From: a virus
Taxonomy: Duplodnaviria > Caudoviricetes
DNA: 37,190 nt
Reading direction: 5' to 3' (one strand)
IMG/VR virus record: IMGVR_UViG_3300048576_000280
Span: 1 to 37,190 of that record
Shown here: positions 8,369-18,176 of the stretch, one piece after another
How the letters are laid out: each line of letters starts with the position of its first letter
How positions within the stretch are numbered: position 1 is the first letter of the stretch
Notes under the pieces: generated by a model
The model's input: only the letters and a program-made list of their open reading frames with translations
What the model was told of the DNA's origin: nothing
Database searches by the model: none
Position numbers and translations under genes: made by a program

Positions 8369-9508
8369 ATGCACACGCTTGCCCGAACAATTACCGACGT
8401 ACTGTGCGGCCCTTCGCCGGTCGAAGCCCTGCTCTCCCGCGGGGCGGACGAGTTGCGGACCCTGGTGCCGGAGCTTGTCCGCACCCAGGAGATCCAGCAG
8501 CGAGACGGCACCGTGTTCCAGCACACGCTGCACGTCCTGCAGTACCTGCCCATTCGCACACCGGTGACGGTCTGGAGCGCCATCTTCCACGACGTGGGCA
8601 AGGTTGTTCAGATTCGCCTGCCCCTTGGCCCCGACAGGAACCACGCCGATGTCTCCGCCGAAATAGCCGACGCTGCGCTTCGCCGCCTGCTGTTCACGGA
8701 TGGCACGCGAGAGAAGATTGTTCGGCTTGTCCAGACGCACATGCACGATATCAAGTCCATCCGAGGCGATCGTGATGTTGAGTCATTCATCGGTCGCGTC
8801 GGTGTCTGCAACCTGTCCGACTGGTTCGCCCTGCGCAAGGCCGACTGCCTGGCCTATGGAAACGGCTCCAGCCTGGCCCTGGTCAACCGCATTCAAGAGC
8901 GGGTCGAGAAGCTCTTGTCGCGGGCGGACCGGATGCCGGTTGTCCCATCCACCGCCTCGATGGTGACGGGTAATGGTTCCGAGGCCGCCTCCGTGCAGGC
9001 GGTGATGCCGGTGCAGTATCGTCCCGATTGGGACACGTGGTACATGCTCATCGCCTATCTCGTGGCCAGCCGTAGCCACGATCCTTCGACGCAGCATGGG
9101 GCCGTGTTCGCAGATCCAAACCACCGTCCGCTCGGCTGGGGCTATAACGGGTGTCCGAGTGGATGCGACGATCACTTCATCCTCGGCCAGCGCCCGCTCA
9201 AGTATTACGCGGTGATCCACGCTGAGGAGAACGGGATGCTCTATGCGCCCCGAGACCTGACCGGCTCCACGTTGTATGTGACCGGCATGCCTTGCTCGCG
9301 ATGTTGGGCCAAAATCATCGCCAAGGGCATTTCCCGCGTCGTCTACGGGACCATTCCGTCCCGGATGATCGATGCGCACGACGAACAAGCGAGGGACTTG
9401 CTGCTGGGACCACACCCAGAGGTTGAGGTCATCCGGTGGGAACCGCAGCCCAAGGCCATCTCCTCGCTGTTCCAGGCGATCCTGAACAAGATCACAAGAG
9501 GGGGTTGA
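8369..9508 (+). CDS. fusion: HD phosphohydrolase domain (CCA-enzyme-type) plus dCMP deaminase
   Basis: N-terminal VFQHTLHVL, AIFHDVGK, NHADVSAEIA; C-terminal RSHDPSTQHGA, GYNG, VIHAEEN, PCSRC zinc motif. Confidence 0.85.
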   Translation: MHTLARTITDVLCGPSPVEALLSRGADELRTLVPELVRTQEIQQRDGTVFQHTLHVLQYLPIRTPVTVWSAIFHDVGKVVQIRLPLGPDRNHADVSAEIADAALRRLLFTDGTREKIVRLVQTHMHDIKSIRGDRDVESFIGRVGVCNLSDWFALRKADCLAYGNGSSLALVNRIQERVEKLLSRADRMPVVPSTASMVTGNGSEAASVQAVMPVQYRPDWDTWYMLIAYLVASRSHDPSTQHGAVFADPNHRPLGWGYNGCPSGCDDHFILGQRPLKYYAVIHAEENGMLYAPRDLTGSTLYVTGMPCSRCWAKIIAKGISRVVYGTIPSRMIDAHDEQARDLLLGPHPEVEVIRWEPQPKAISSLFQAILNKITRGG

Positions 9509-9513
9509 TTCAC

Positions 9514-11271
9514 GTGGAGTTGTACACGCCAACGGATCTGGCATTGACGATATTCCGGGACCGGTATGCCATCCATCCCGAGGAAACATTTGAGCAGGCG
9601 TGCCGGAGGGTGGCCGACTGCATCGCCGGGGCCGAGGAGGGGATCAAGCGGGAGGAATGGGCCGAGAAGTTCTTGTCCGTCATGCTCACCAACCGGTTCA
9701 GTCCGGGAGGCCGGATATGGCGGGGAGCCGGTCGGCCCCGTGGCCAGTTGATGAACTGCTTCGTGATCGCGGATGAGATCGACAGCCGCGAGGGTTGGGC
9801 GCAAACCCTTGCCCACGTCACGATCATCAGCGGGACCGGCGGCGGCGTGGGAATAAGCTACTCCCGCGTTCGCCCGCGCGGTTCAAAGATCCGAGGCACC
9901 GGAGGCGAAGCGACCGGCGCGGTCAGTCTCATGCACGCCGTCAACGCGGTGTGCAACGAACTGCGCGAGGGCGGCGGCCGGCGTAGTGCCCTGATGTTTG
10001 CCCTGCGGTACGACCACCCGGACCTGCCCGAGTTTCTGACCGCCAAGCTGGAACAAGGCAGGCTATGCAACGCCAATATCTCAGTGATGGTGGACGACGC
10101 CTTCTTCGGCCTGCTCGACGAAGATGGCGAGGTAGTGTTCCGCTGGCTGGGCGAAGAGCGGGGCCGCATGCGGGCTCGTGAGATCTGGGAGAAGATCGTC
10201 GCCAACAGCTGGCGGAACGGCGAACCGGGCGTCCTCAACACCGGGTACGCCAACCGGATGAACACCATCAGCTACCGCACAGCCTTGGTGGCGACCAATC
10301 CCTGCGGCGAGCAATGGCTGTCACCCTTCGACGCATGTGACCTTGGGGCCGTGAACCTCGCCGCCCACGTCGATATGGAAAGCGGCGAGATCGACTGGGA
10401 TGCGCTGGACGACACGATGCTGGTCGCCGTGCGGTTCCTGGACAACGTGCTCGATCGCAATCACTACCCCTTCCGCGAAATCGAAGAGACCTGCCGGAAG
10501 TACCGCCGGATCGGCGTCGGCGTGATGGGCCTGCATGACATGCTGCTCAAGTTGGGGCTCCGCTACAGCAGCGACGAAGCTTTGGACAAGGTCGGCGAAG
10601 TCATGGAGTTCATCAAGAAGAGGGCCTATGAAGCATCGATCATCCTGGCCGTCGAAAAGGGGCCGTTCCCGGCCCTCGATCGCGAGATGCACGTAAAGAC
10701 TGGCTTCGCCAGGGAGTCTCTCACTCCGCGACTCCGCAAGATGATCCTTCAACACGGCATCCGCAACTGCTGCCTGCTGACGATCGCACCCACCGGGACC
10801 ACGAGCATCGTGGCCGGGGTGTCTGGCGGCGTGGAGCCGATGTTCGCACCGGTGTTCGAGCGGTCCTTCAACAAGCACAGCCAGATGCACGACGAGGAAC
10901 GGGAGCAGGGCAACGATGTTGTCGTCCATCCCCTGGTCCGCGAGTTCATTCTGCAAGGCCGTTCGATCGAGCACTTCGAGGCGGCGCACGAGATTTCGCC
11001 GGAACGGCACTGCCTGATGCAAGTCGCTTGCCAGAAGCACGTCGACAATTCCATCAGCAAGACCATCAACCTGCCGGAAGACTATCCGGTGGAAGAGTTG
11101 TCCGCCATCATGAGGAAGTATATCACACGTCTCAAGGGGCTCACCATCTACCGCGACGGGAGTCGGGGCAAGTCGCCGCTACGACCGCTGCCCATCAACG
11201 ATGCCAAGAAGTACCTGGATAACGTACAGGCTTCGGTGAACGACTGCCCGAGTGGTGCTTGCGCGGTGTGA
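9514..11271 (+). CDS. nrdJ: class II (B12-dependent) ribonucleotide reductase, no ATP cone
   Basis: SPGGRI, NCFV, GGGVG, GGGRRSALM, TNPCGEQ, TIAPTGT, SISKTIN, C-terminal CPSGAC; no nrdB nearby. Confidence 0.9.
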   Translation: MELYTPTDLALTIFRDRYAIHPEETFEQACRRVADCIAGAEEGIKREEWAEKFLSVMLTNRFSPGGRIWRGAGRPRGQLMNCFVIADEIDSREGWAQTLAHVTIISGTGGGVGISYSRVRPRGSKIRGTGGEATGAVSLMHAVNAVCNELREGGGRRSALMFALRYDHPDLPEFLTAKLEQGRLCNANISVMVDDAFFGLLDEDGEVVFRWLGEERGRMRAREIWEKIVANSWRNGEPGVLNTGYANRMNTISYRTALVATNPCGEQWLSPFDACDLGAVNLAAHVDMESGEIDWDALDDTMLVAVRFLDNVLDRNHYPFREIEETCRKYRRIGVGVMGLHDMLLKLGLRYSSDEALDKVGEVMEFIKKRAYEASIILAVEKGPFPALDREMHVKTGFARESLTPRLRKMILQHGIRNCCLLTIAPTGTTSIVAGVSGGVEPMFAPVFERSFNKHSQMHDEEREQGNDVVVHPLVREFILQGRSIEHFEAAHEISPERHCLMQVACQKHVDNSISKTINLPEDYPVEELSAIMRKYITRLKGLTIYRDGSRGKSPLRPLPINDAKKYLDNVQASVNDCPSGACAV

Positions 11272-11289
11272 AAGAGGGCTGGGGGGAGA

Positions 11290-12480
11290 ATGGGCGAAGA
11301 GAACAACACCCTGCTGAACCAGGTCATGGATCTGGTCAAACAAGGCAAGGGCCGGGAAGAGATCAAGACGATCACCGGCTTGAGCATGTGGAAAACCAGG
11401 CAGCTGATCGACCAGACCAGGATCTTGCTGAACGGAGGGACCATCCTGCCGACGAGCATGGCGGCCACCGAGCAAGTCAAGCTGGATCGACAGATCGCCA
11501 AGCTTAAGGACGAGAAAACCTCTGCCGAGGCCAAGTACGCAGCGTTGCTGGACGAGATCGAGCAAAAAGAAGAGACGATGAGCAAGCTGCTGGACATCAG
11601 CGAGGCCGTAAGCCACGCCGATCCCCGGCCGCTGGCCGTAGTGGACAGCGGTCAGCCCTCTCAATCCACGGCGTTTATGGTCGCCTCGGATTGGCACATT
11701 GAGGAGACGGTGGACCCGGCAACGGTCGAGGGGGTTAATGAATACAACCTGGACATTGCCGGCAAGCGAGCGGGCAACTTCTTCCGGAATGGATTGAAGC
11801 TGGTCGATATGTGCCGCACCCGCAGCACGATCGATACCGTCGTCCTGCCGCTGCTCGGGGACATCATCACCGGCTACATCCATGAGGAACTCGTGGAGGA
11901 GAACTCGCTGTCGCCGGTGCAGGCGGTGAGGCAGGCATACGAACTGATCGCGTCGGGCATCGACTTTCTGCTCGAACAGGGCGGCTTCCGCCGCATCATT
12001 ATCCCCTGCACGGTGGGCAACCATGGGCGCACAACGCAGAAGCCCAGGGTGGCCACGGCCGTCCAGAACAGCTACGAGTGGCTGCTCTACTCGTTCATCG
12101 CCTTGCGATACCAGGATAACCAGACAATCCAGATGAAGATCGCGGACGGGTACCTGTGCTGCCTCGACGTCTACGACTTCCGGGTTCGTTTGCACCACGG
12201 CAACGGCATCAAGTACCAGGGCGGGGTGGGCGGCGTCCATATCCCCCTGCACAAAGCGATCGCCCAGTGGAACAAGATGAAGCACGCGGACGTTGACGTC
12301 CTGGGCCATTGGCACAACCGCATGGCCAACCGGGGATACGTCGTGAACGGTTCCCTGATCGGCTACAGCGCTTACGCCATCCAGATCAAGGCGGAGTACG
12401 AGCCGCCCCAGCAGGCGTTTTTCCTTATGCATCCCAAGCGGGGCAAGACCGTGGAAGCTCCCATCCACGTGGATCAGTGA
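11290..12480 (+). CDS. calcineurin-like metallophosphoesterase with N-terminal HTH-like segment and coiled coil
   Basis: SDWH, LGDII, GNHGR, HHG, GHWH motifs. Confidence 0.85.
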   Translation: MGEENNTLLNQVMDLVKQGKGREEIKTITGLSMWKTRQLIDQTRILLNGGTILPTSMAATEQVKLDRQIAKLKDEKTSAEAKYAALLDEIEQKEETMSKLLDISEAVSHADPRPLAVVDSGQPSQSTAFMVASDWHIEETVDPATVEGVNEYNLDIAGKRAGNFFRNGLKLVDMCRTRSTIDTVVLPLLGDIITGYIHEELVEENSLSPVQAVRQAYELIASGIDFLLEQGGFRRIIIPCTVGNHGRTTQKPRVATAVQNSYEWLLYSFIALRYQDNQTIQMKIADGYLCCLDVYDFRVRLHHGNGIKYQGGVGGVHIPLHKAIAQWNKMKHADVDVLGHWHNRMANRGYVVNGSLIGYSAYAIQIKAEYEPPQQAFFLMHPKRGKTVEAPIHVDQ

Positions 12481-12495
12481 ACGAGGAAACACCGA

Positions 12496-13449
12496 ATGGC
12501 CGAGCTACAAAACAAGGTGCAGTGGAGCGAGAGCCGGATCAAGATGCTCCGCGAGTGCCGCCGGAAGTATTACCTGAACTACTACCTGAGTTGGGGTGGG
12601 TGGCTACCCACCGCCAGCCCGGAGTGCCAGAGAGCGTACATGCTCAAGAAAATGACGAGCCTTCCCATGTGGATTGGCTCGGTCGTGCATGACGTCATCG
12701 AGCACGTGATCGCCTACCGCCGAGCGAGCAACTGCAAGGCCGCGATGCCGTTGGAAAAGGCCGAGAGCGAAGCCGTGCAGGCCCTCCGCGAAGGCTGGCT
12801 CCAGTCGACCGACAAGCTATGGAAGAAGAACCCCGGCCGGGCCGTGAACCTGTTCGAGCACTACTACGACGTGACAATCCCGCAGTCGAAGCTCGACGAG
12901 GTCAAGCAGAAGGTGCTCCGGTGCCTCCGGGCATTCTACGCCAGCCCGATCGGCAAGACCGTCAACGCCCTCCAGCCAGATGACTTTCTCACGTTGGAGG
13001 ACTTCCAGAGTGTCACGCTCAACACGGGCGAGTTGGTCGCGGTGAAGCTGGACTTCGCGTTCCGACAGGGTGCCCAGGCCCACCTGGTGGACTGGAAGAC
13101 AGGCAAATTCACCGGCAACGTCATCGAGCAGCTGCGGACCTACGCGATCTACGCTCTCAAACAGGGATGGGTCCGTCGTGTCCAGGACGTAGTCATCAAA
13201 CCAGTGTTCTTGGACACAGAAGATCCGAACAAGTGCGCCATCGAACTCGCCGTGGACATGAAGCTCCTGGAACGGCAGGCGGACATCATTCGGCGGGAAT
13301 GGCCCCTGCTGCTGGAAGCCGACGAAAAGCAGGGCGATATCGCGGCGTTCCCGGTGACCAACGACCGCAGTGCGTGCAAGTATTGCCCGTTCCGGGATAT
13401 GTGCCCGGGTGCGACAGCCGAGATCCCGGAGGGGGTAACGCCGTTTTGA
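12496..13449 (+). CDS. PD-(D/E)XK RecB/Cas4-like exonuclease
   Basis: WSESRIKMLREC, VKLD, LVDWKTG, QLRTY, CKYCPFRDMC (Fe-S-type Cys pattern). Confidence 0.88.
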   Translation: MAELQNKVQWSESRIKMLRECRRKYYLNYYLSWGGWLPTASPECQRAYMLKKMTSLPMWIGSVVHDVIEHVIAYRRASNCKAAMPLEKAESEAVQALREGWLQSTDKLWKKNPGRAVNLFEHYYDVTIPQSKLDEVKQKVLRCLRAFYASPIGKTVNALQPDDFLTLEDFQSVTLNTGELVAVKLDFAFRQGAQAHLVDWKTGKFTGNVIEQLRTYAIYALKQGWVRRVQDVVIKPVFLDTEDPNKCAIELAVDMKLLERQADIIRREWPLLLEADEKQGDIAAFPVTNDRSACKYCPFRDMCPGATAEIPEGVTPF

Positions 13450-13787
13450 TGCGGATCAAGGTCGACATTGCCTGTAAGCCGATCACGTTCGTCCGCTGCG
13501 ACATGCGACGGAGCGTTTTCGCTCCCTCACCCGACCTGCTGCACGAGTACAAGGCGGGCGGGATGACGTGGGACGAGTATGTCGACCGCTACAAGAACGA
13601 GATGCGAGCCGCGTACCAGGCCGACCCCACACCATTCATCGAGATGGCCAGGATGCTGGATAACGTGGAGTTCGTCTGCTGGTGCAACACCAAGCGCCGC
13701 CAGGACGATCGCTGCCACCGGTTTCTGCTTCGGGCGATCTTGGTAAAGGTCCGGGACTCCCTCAGTCAAGGTGTATTGAAGGGTTGA
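13449..13787 (+). CDS. DUF488-family protein
   Basis: FAPSPDLL, WDEYVDRYKNEM, VCWC...CHRFLL; TGATG coupling. Confidence 0.75.
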   Translation: MRIKVDIACKPITFVRCDMRRSVFAPSPDLLHEYKAGGMTWDEYVDRYKNEMRAAYQADPTPFIEMARMLDNVEFVCWCNTKRRQDDRCHRFLLRAILVKVRDSLSQGVLKG

Positions 13788-13796
13788 GGGGGGTTT

Positions 13797-14240
13797 ATGT
13801 CAGACGAAACACCGGAGGTCATTCTCCACTTCGACGGCGGCATTAGAGAAGGAATCATGGCCTATGGATACGTGGCATTTGACCCGGATGACGGCGAGAC
13901 AGTCCTGTTTGAGGGGTGTAACCGGTGCGGCAGCGGGACATCCAATGTCGCCGAGTATCGCGCTTTGCTGGCTGGCCTGTATGCCTGCCGGAAGACGGGT
14001 ATCAGGCGGGTTCGCGTGGTGGGCGACTCGCAGCTGGTAGTGAACCAGGTCAAAGGGGCCTGGAAGATCAACAAAGAGGATCTCAGGCAGCACCGGGACA
14101 AAGCCCTGGAGTTGTTTGCGGAGTTCGAGTCCTGGTCCATCAAGTGGGTGCGACGGAACCAGAACAAGCACGCCGACATGCTCGTGGGTGAGGTGTTTGC
14201 CAGAATGAGGGGGAAGCCGTGCAAGCGAAAAGCGGAATGA
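13797..14240 (+). CDS. rnhA: ribonuclease HI
   Basis: FDGG, SNVAEYRAL, GDSQLVVNQV, WVRRNQNKHAD catalytic motifs. Confidence 0.9.
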   Translation: MSDETPEVILHFDGGIREGIMAYGYVAFDPDDGETVLFEGCNRCGSGTSNVAEYRALLAGLYACRKTGIRRVRVVGDSQLVVNQVKGAWKINKEDLRQHRDKALELFAEFESWSIKWVRRNQNKHADMLVGEVFARMRGKPCKRKAE

Positions 14241-14902
14241 TGGTCGCGGCCCTGCTGACCGCCGCGATATGCGTGGGATGCGTGGATGCGAAGAGCAAGT
14301 TCCAGACCGACGTCCAGACGAAGATCGGGGTCGTCGGCGAACGGCTGGAGACACTCGCCGCGGTCAACACCAGCGTGGGCGAGCAGCTCAAAACCCTCGC
14401 CGATGTGAATTGCGAGGTTCAGGCTCTGGGCAACAAGGTCGGCTTCGTCAACGACAAGCTGGAGAAGCTGGTGGAACAGAGCCAGCATGCCTCGGTGACG
14501 GCAGATCGAATCGATCACCTCGAACAGACCATGAAGCAGCAACTGGCTGAGAAGCTGGACGTGATGCACAAGGACATCACCGCGGGCACCATTCACTACG
14601 GCGGGGCCGGCTGGGCCGTCCTCGCTGCTGGCCTCGTCGTGCTGTTGTTCCTGGGATGCGGTGTGGCCATCGTTTTCGTGGCCACGCGCAATGCCGCGAA
14701 GTTCAAGAACCTCCTGACCCTGGTGACCTCGGCAGTTCAGCAAACGTCGCCGGAGGTCCGCGAGGCCGTTACGTCGCAGATCGAGCAGGCGACAAGCAAC
14801 GGTGGCCCGTGGGGCGCTTCCCACAAAGACGCGCTGGCCGCTTTCACGCGGTCCGTGGGGACTGTTGTGCCCAAGAAAGCAGATTCAAGCGTGTGCGTGT
14901 GA
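14219..14902 (+). CDS. membrane lipoprotein: lipobox, coiled coil, internal TM helix
   Basis: [15 protein letters not shown]; heptad-rich middle; [25 protein letters not shown]; start may be ATG14237. Confidence 0.7.
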   Translation: MQAKSGMMVAALLTAAICVGCVDAKSKFQTDVQTKIGVVGERLETLAAVNTSVGEQLKTLADVNCEVQALGNKVGFVNDKLEKLVEQSQHASVTADRIDHLEQTMKQQLAEKLDVMHKDITAGTIHYGGAGWAVLAAGLVVLLFLGCGVAIVFVATRNAAKFKNLLTLVTSAVQQTSPEVREAVTSQIEQATSNGGPWGASHKDALAAFTRSVGTVVPKKADSSVCV

Positions 14903-14934
14903 CAAAGCCGGCGACTTGTTGGTACTTGCTTATG
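14902..14934 (+). promoter_or_regulatory. conserved bipartite promoter-like motif, copy 3
   Basis: ACAAAG-N13-GGTACTTGCTTATG; the ATG is the start of the next gene, which has no RBS. Confidence 0.6.
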
Positions 14935-15270
14935 CCAATCTACGAGTACGAATGTCAGGCCTGCAAGCATCGACTGGAAGAGTACCAGAGCTTCCAGGCT
15001 GAGCCCTTGAGGACCTGTCCAGCTTGTGGGAAGGACGATCTGGTGCGTGTTATCTCCGGCGGGCTGGCCGCGTTCGTCCCCAAGCACAACACCGTCGGTT
15101 CTCTGGCCGAGCAGAACGCCAAGGAGGCCCGCAGGCGGGGCGAAGAGCCGCCCAAGAGTTTTCGACGGACCAAGAAGCCCAAAGAGAGGCCCTTCTGGCG
15201 CGATGGCGACACGGTCAACAAGAAGATCCTGGGCAATCCCCAGAAGTACATCGAGACGGGAAAGGTTTAG
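14932..15270 (+). CDS. FmdB-family zinc-ribbon protein
   Basis: [13 protein letters not shown]...CPACG...RVIS. Confidence 0.88.
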   Translation: MPIYEYECQACKHRLEEYQSFQAEPLRTCPACGKDDLVRVISGGLAAFVPKHNTVGSLAEQNAKEARRRGEEPPKSFRRTKKPKERPFWRDGDTVNKKILGNPQKYIETGKV

Positions 15271-15273
15271 CCC

Positions 15274-15576
15274 ATGTCGGATACAGGGAAGAAGGCCGGT
15301 CTAAAAAACCGGGGAGAAATCAGCGTCGACTGTGCGGACTGCGGCGCAGCCCTGATGAGGTTCCTGATCGTCCGCAACAACGTGGACTTGGCGGAACTCG
15401 GGGTCGATCCCGTCACGACGACGGTTCGATGCAAGTGTGGAATCTGTGGAGGGACGTCCTATGTCAAGACGATCGAAGGCCAGTTCTACCCCGGCGCGGC
15501 GGAGGACAACATCGCGTTCGAGGTCCAAGACCCGCCAGACGGTGAAACCATCGTCTTCCGGGCGTGGCGCCACTAA
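15274..15576 (+). CDS. hypothetical Zn-finger protein
   Basis: CADC...CGIC; tight gene packing. Confidence 0.7.
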   Translation: MSDTGKKAGLKNRGEISVDCADCGAALMRFLIVRNNVDLAELGVDPVTTTVRCKCGICGGTSYVKTIEGQFYPGAAEDNIAFEVQDPPDGETIVFRAWRH

Positions 15577-15598
15577 GCCGAGCGTGAGTCCGGTGCTA

Positions 15599-15922
15599 AT
15601 GGACTTCAACGTTCAGCTGGTCGACCCCGAGGGGGTCGTGCACTCCCATCGCGCCACCGAGGCCCCGCCGATCGACGAAGCGATCGTGGTCGCCAAGTCG
15701 TGCGGCAACGGCGTGTACTTCGTCCGGGCGACGGCCGAGGGCGCCCTGTTCAACCCGGCCGAGGGGGATCGGCTCACCCAGAAGGACCGTGAACGGAGCG
15801 GGGCGAGGTTCAAACTCCATCGCTGCGGTGTCGACTGCTTCATGACCTATGTTCGCTACCTCCAGGGCAGGCAGCGGCCGGATTACAGCATCGCACAAAG
15901 GGGGTTCGTCGATGGCAAGTAA
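15599..15922 (+). CDS. hypothetical protein
   Basis: ORF with GC3 bias, overlaps the next gene. Confidence 0.65.
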   Translation: MDFNVQLVDPEGVVHSHRATEAPPIDEAIVVAKSCGNGVYFVRATAEGALFNPAEGDRLTQKDRERSGARFKLHRCGVDCFMTYVRYLQGRQRPDYSIAQRGFVDGK

Positions 15923-16199
15923 GCCGATAGATCTGGCCGGCCTGGCCAACAGGGTCGGACAGATCCTGGAGAAGTCCAAGGTGAACTTGGCCAAGCGGAC
16001 CAAGGGCCGCACACAACTCATCGATGCGATCAGGCTGGCGATCAAGGGCGCTCCGCGTCCCGACCGCAAGGATTGCCTGGTGCCGCTCAAGCCCAATGGC
16101 CCCGCCGGCGCCAACACGATGATCGGGCCGGGCGGCGTGGTGCAAATGACGCCGGCGGAATCCGAAAGAGCCGACGAGGAACTTGGCTACAGGAGATGA
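15912..16199 (+). CDS. hypothetical protein
   Basis: GGGG RBS, ATG15912, operon packing. Confidence 0.65.
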   Translation: MASKPIDLAGLANRVGQILEKSKVNLAKRTKGRTQLIDAIRLAIKGAPRPDRKDCLVPLKPNGPAGANTMIGPGGVVQMTPAESERADEELGYRR

Positions 16200-16203
16200 C
16201 ACG

Positions 16204-16626
16204 ATGGCATCGAGCGAAGGGCTCGTGGCGTTCAGCGTGACGGAACAGACACCGGCGGTTCGATTCCTGGCGTCCTTGTCGGATGGGCGAACCGTCATCG
16301 AGGATACGCGGCCGGGGCAGATGCACGCTTGGCACCGGCTCAAGGCATACCTCAATGCCAACCCGGACCTGGCAATCACCTGCCTGCGAATTCAAGGGCC
16401 AGGCGGGGTGGACCGGGCAATGCCCGCCAACCAGAAGGGGTACGTGTTCGGCTACTACGGCGGAGCCGTGCCCAACTGTCCCATCCAGCTGCTCCGAATC
16501 GGCATCGGGTATTACGACGGGACCGCCTGCACGATCCACTGGCTCAGGGCCGGGGATCTGAACGAGGACTGTGTCCAGCAGCAGACCGTCGAGGAATGCG
16601 GTTTCAAGCTGATCCAGAATTCGTAG
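16204..16626 (+). CDS. hypothetical protein
   Basis: AGGAG RBS, ATG16204. Confidence 0.7.
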   Translation: MASSEGLVAFSVTEQTPAVRFLASLSDGRTVIEDTRPGQMHAWHRLKAYLNANPDLAITCLRIQGPGGVDRAMPANQKGYVFGYYGGAVPNCPIQLLRIGIGYYDGTACTIHWLRAGDLNEDCVQQQTVEECGFKLIQNS

Positions 16627-16633
16627 GGCGCCT

Positions 16634-17113
16634 ATGCCGGGCAACTATCCATCGCCGACGACACCGGGTCTCCAGATCGACTTCAAGAACCTCGTGGTCG
16701 AACTGGTCTGCCTGAACATGCAGCCCAAGCTAGGCGCCAGGTTCTGGGTAGACAGGGCCTACTGGCGACCGAAGTACGGCCGCGAGATCCGGGGATTCCA
16801 GAAGTTCGCCAAGCTGAGGGAAAACCTGGACGACCCGGTGATGCAGCGGGCGGTGATCGAAGCGATCAAAGAGACCCGGTGCATGACGCTGCTCAATGAG
16901 CGGAACCTCTCTCGCCTGGATCGTTGCGTCGACCGCAAGCACGCGGAAATGGTCGAGCAGCGGCGGCGACTTGCGGAGAGTGCGCCGGTCAACATCCCGG
17001 CCGAAGAGTACATGCGAAGGAACACAAGGCTGGCGGACGTGGGAGCGGCAAGCCGCCTCAAGCGCATTTTGGAGATCGAGAGTGGGCAAGAAGAAAACGC
17101 AGACAAGCAGTGA
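16634..17113 (+). CDS. hypothetical protein
   Basis: operon packing, GC3 bias. Confidence 0.7.
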   Translation: MPGNYPSPTTPGLQIDFKNLVVELVCLNMQPKLGARFWVDRAYWRPKYGREIRGFQKFAKLRENLDDPVMQRAVIEAIKETRCMTLLNERNLSRLDRCVDRKHAEMVEQRRRLAESAPVNIPAEEYMRRNTRLADVGAASRLKRILEIESGQEENADKQ

Positions 17114-18176
17114 CGTCTCTTTCAATGAGTTCATGAAGCGGACCTATGGCGAAGGCCTCGTGGTCCCCGCCAGCGCTCTGGTCGCCCGGCCTCGTCCGAT
17201 CCTGCCGACGGCGCTGTCGTTGGATATTGCTCTGGCCGGCGGCATCCCCGAGGGAACGATCGTGCTGATCTCGGGCAAGCCCAAGGTGGGCAAGACCACG
17301 TTGTGCCTGCATGTCCTGGCCAACGCGATCCAGCGTGGCCGCAAAGCCGCCTACTTCGACATCGAACGGCGGTGCAGCCGCGAACTCATCAACACCATCC
17401 GGGGCCTGGATCGGGAGAAGCTGGACCTGGTCAAGTCCACCAAAGAGAAAATCTTTACCGCCCAGGAGTGGTTCCAGAACATCGAGCGCTTCGTCAAGAG
17501 CGAGCCGGGCGGCGTGGGCGTGATCGACTCGGTGGCCATGCTGAGCACGCTGGCCGAGCAGACCGAGGCCACCGGAGACAACACGGATATGTCCGGGGTG
17601 CCCAAGCTGATGTCGTCGTTCCTGCGGAAGATCAAGGACATCTGCGACATCAACGGGTGCATCCTGATCTTCATCACCCAGTACCAGACCAACCGCGATC
17701 CGGCCAGCCGCAAGAAATTCGAGGAGAAAGGCGGTCTCGCCGTCCAGTACGCGTGTTCGACCTGGATCAATGTCGACTGGGCCAAGCTCTGGGACAAGGA
17801 CACCGCCAAGCAGGCACCCCTGGGGCATGACATCATGTGCACGATCAGAGCATCCGCCCTGGGGCCACCGTATCGCCCCTGTGCGATTCCGCTGCGTTAC
17901 GGCGAAGCAATCGACGCGGCGAAAGACGTGGCCACCCACGCGGAGAATCTGGGCCTGATCGAGAAGGCCGGTGCCTGGTACTCCATCCCATCGCTGGGTG
18001 ACGTGAAGTTTCAGGGCACCGAGGCCCTGCGGAAGTTCCTTCTGGAGAACAGCGAGGCGATGGCCTGCCTGGAATCGCAGGTGCGGACGAGCATCTTGGG
18101 GGACAGTGGTGCAAGTGCAACTACTCAACGGGAAGACAGTGAAGTTGAATCTGGCGAAGTACCAGCGGCGGGCTAA
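17082..18176 (+). CDS. recA: RecA/UvsX-like recombinase
   Basis: SLDIALAGGIPEG, GKPKVGKTT, VIDSVAML, GGLAVQYAC, LIEKAGAWY; GGAG RBS before GTG17082. Confidence 0.9.
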   Translation: MGKKKTQTSSDVSFNEFMKRTYGEGLVVPASALVARPRPILPTALSLDIALAGGIPEGTIVLISGKPKVGKTTLCLHVLANAIQRGRKAAYFDIERRCSRELINTIRGLDREKLDLVKSTKEKIFTAQEWFQNIERFVKSEPGGVGVIDSVAMLSTLAEQTEATGDNTDMSGVPKLMSSFLRKIKDICDINGCILIFITQYQTNRDPASRKKFEEKGGLAVQYACSTWINVDWAKLWDKDTAKQAPLGHDIMCTIRASALGPPYRPCAIPLRYGEAIDAAKDVATHAENLGLIEKAGAWYSIPSLGDVKFQGTEALRKFLLENSEAMACLESQVRTSILGDSGASATTQREDSEVESGEVPAAG

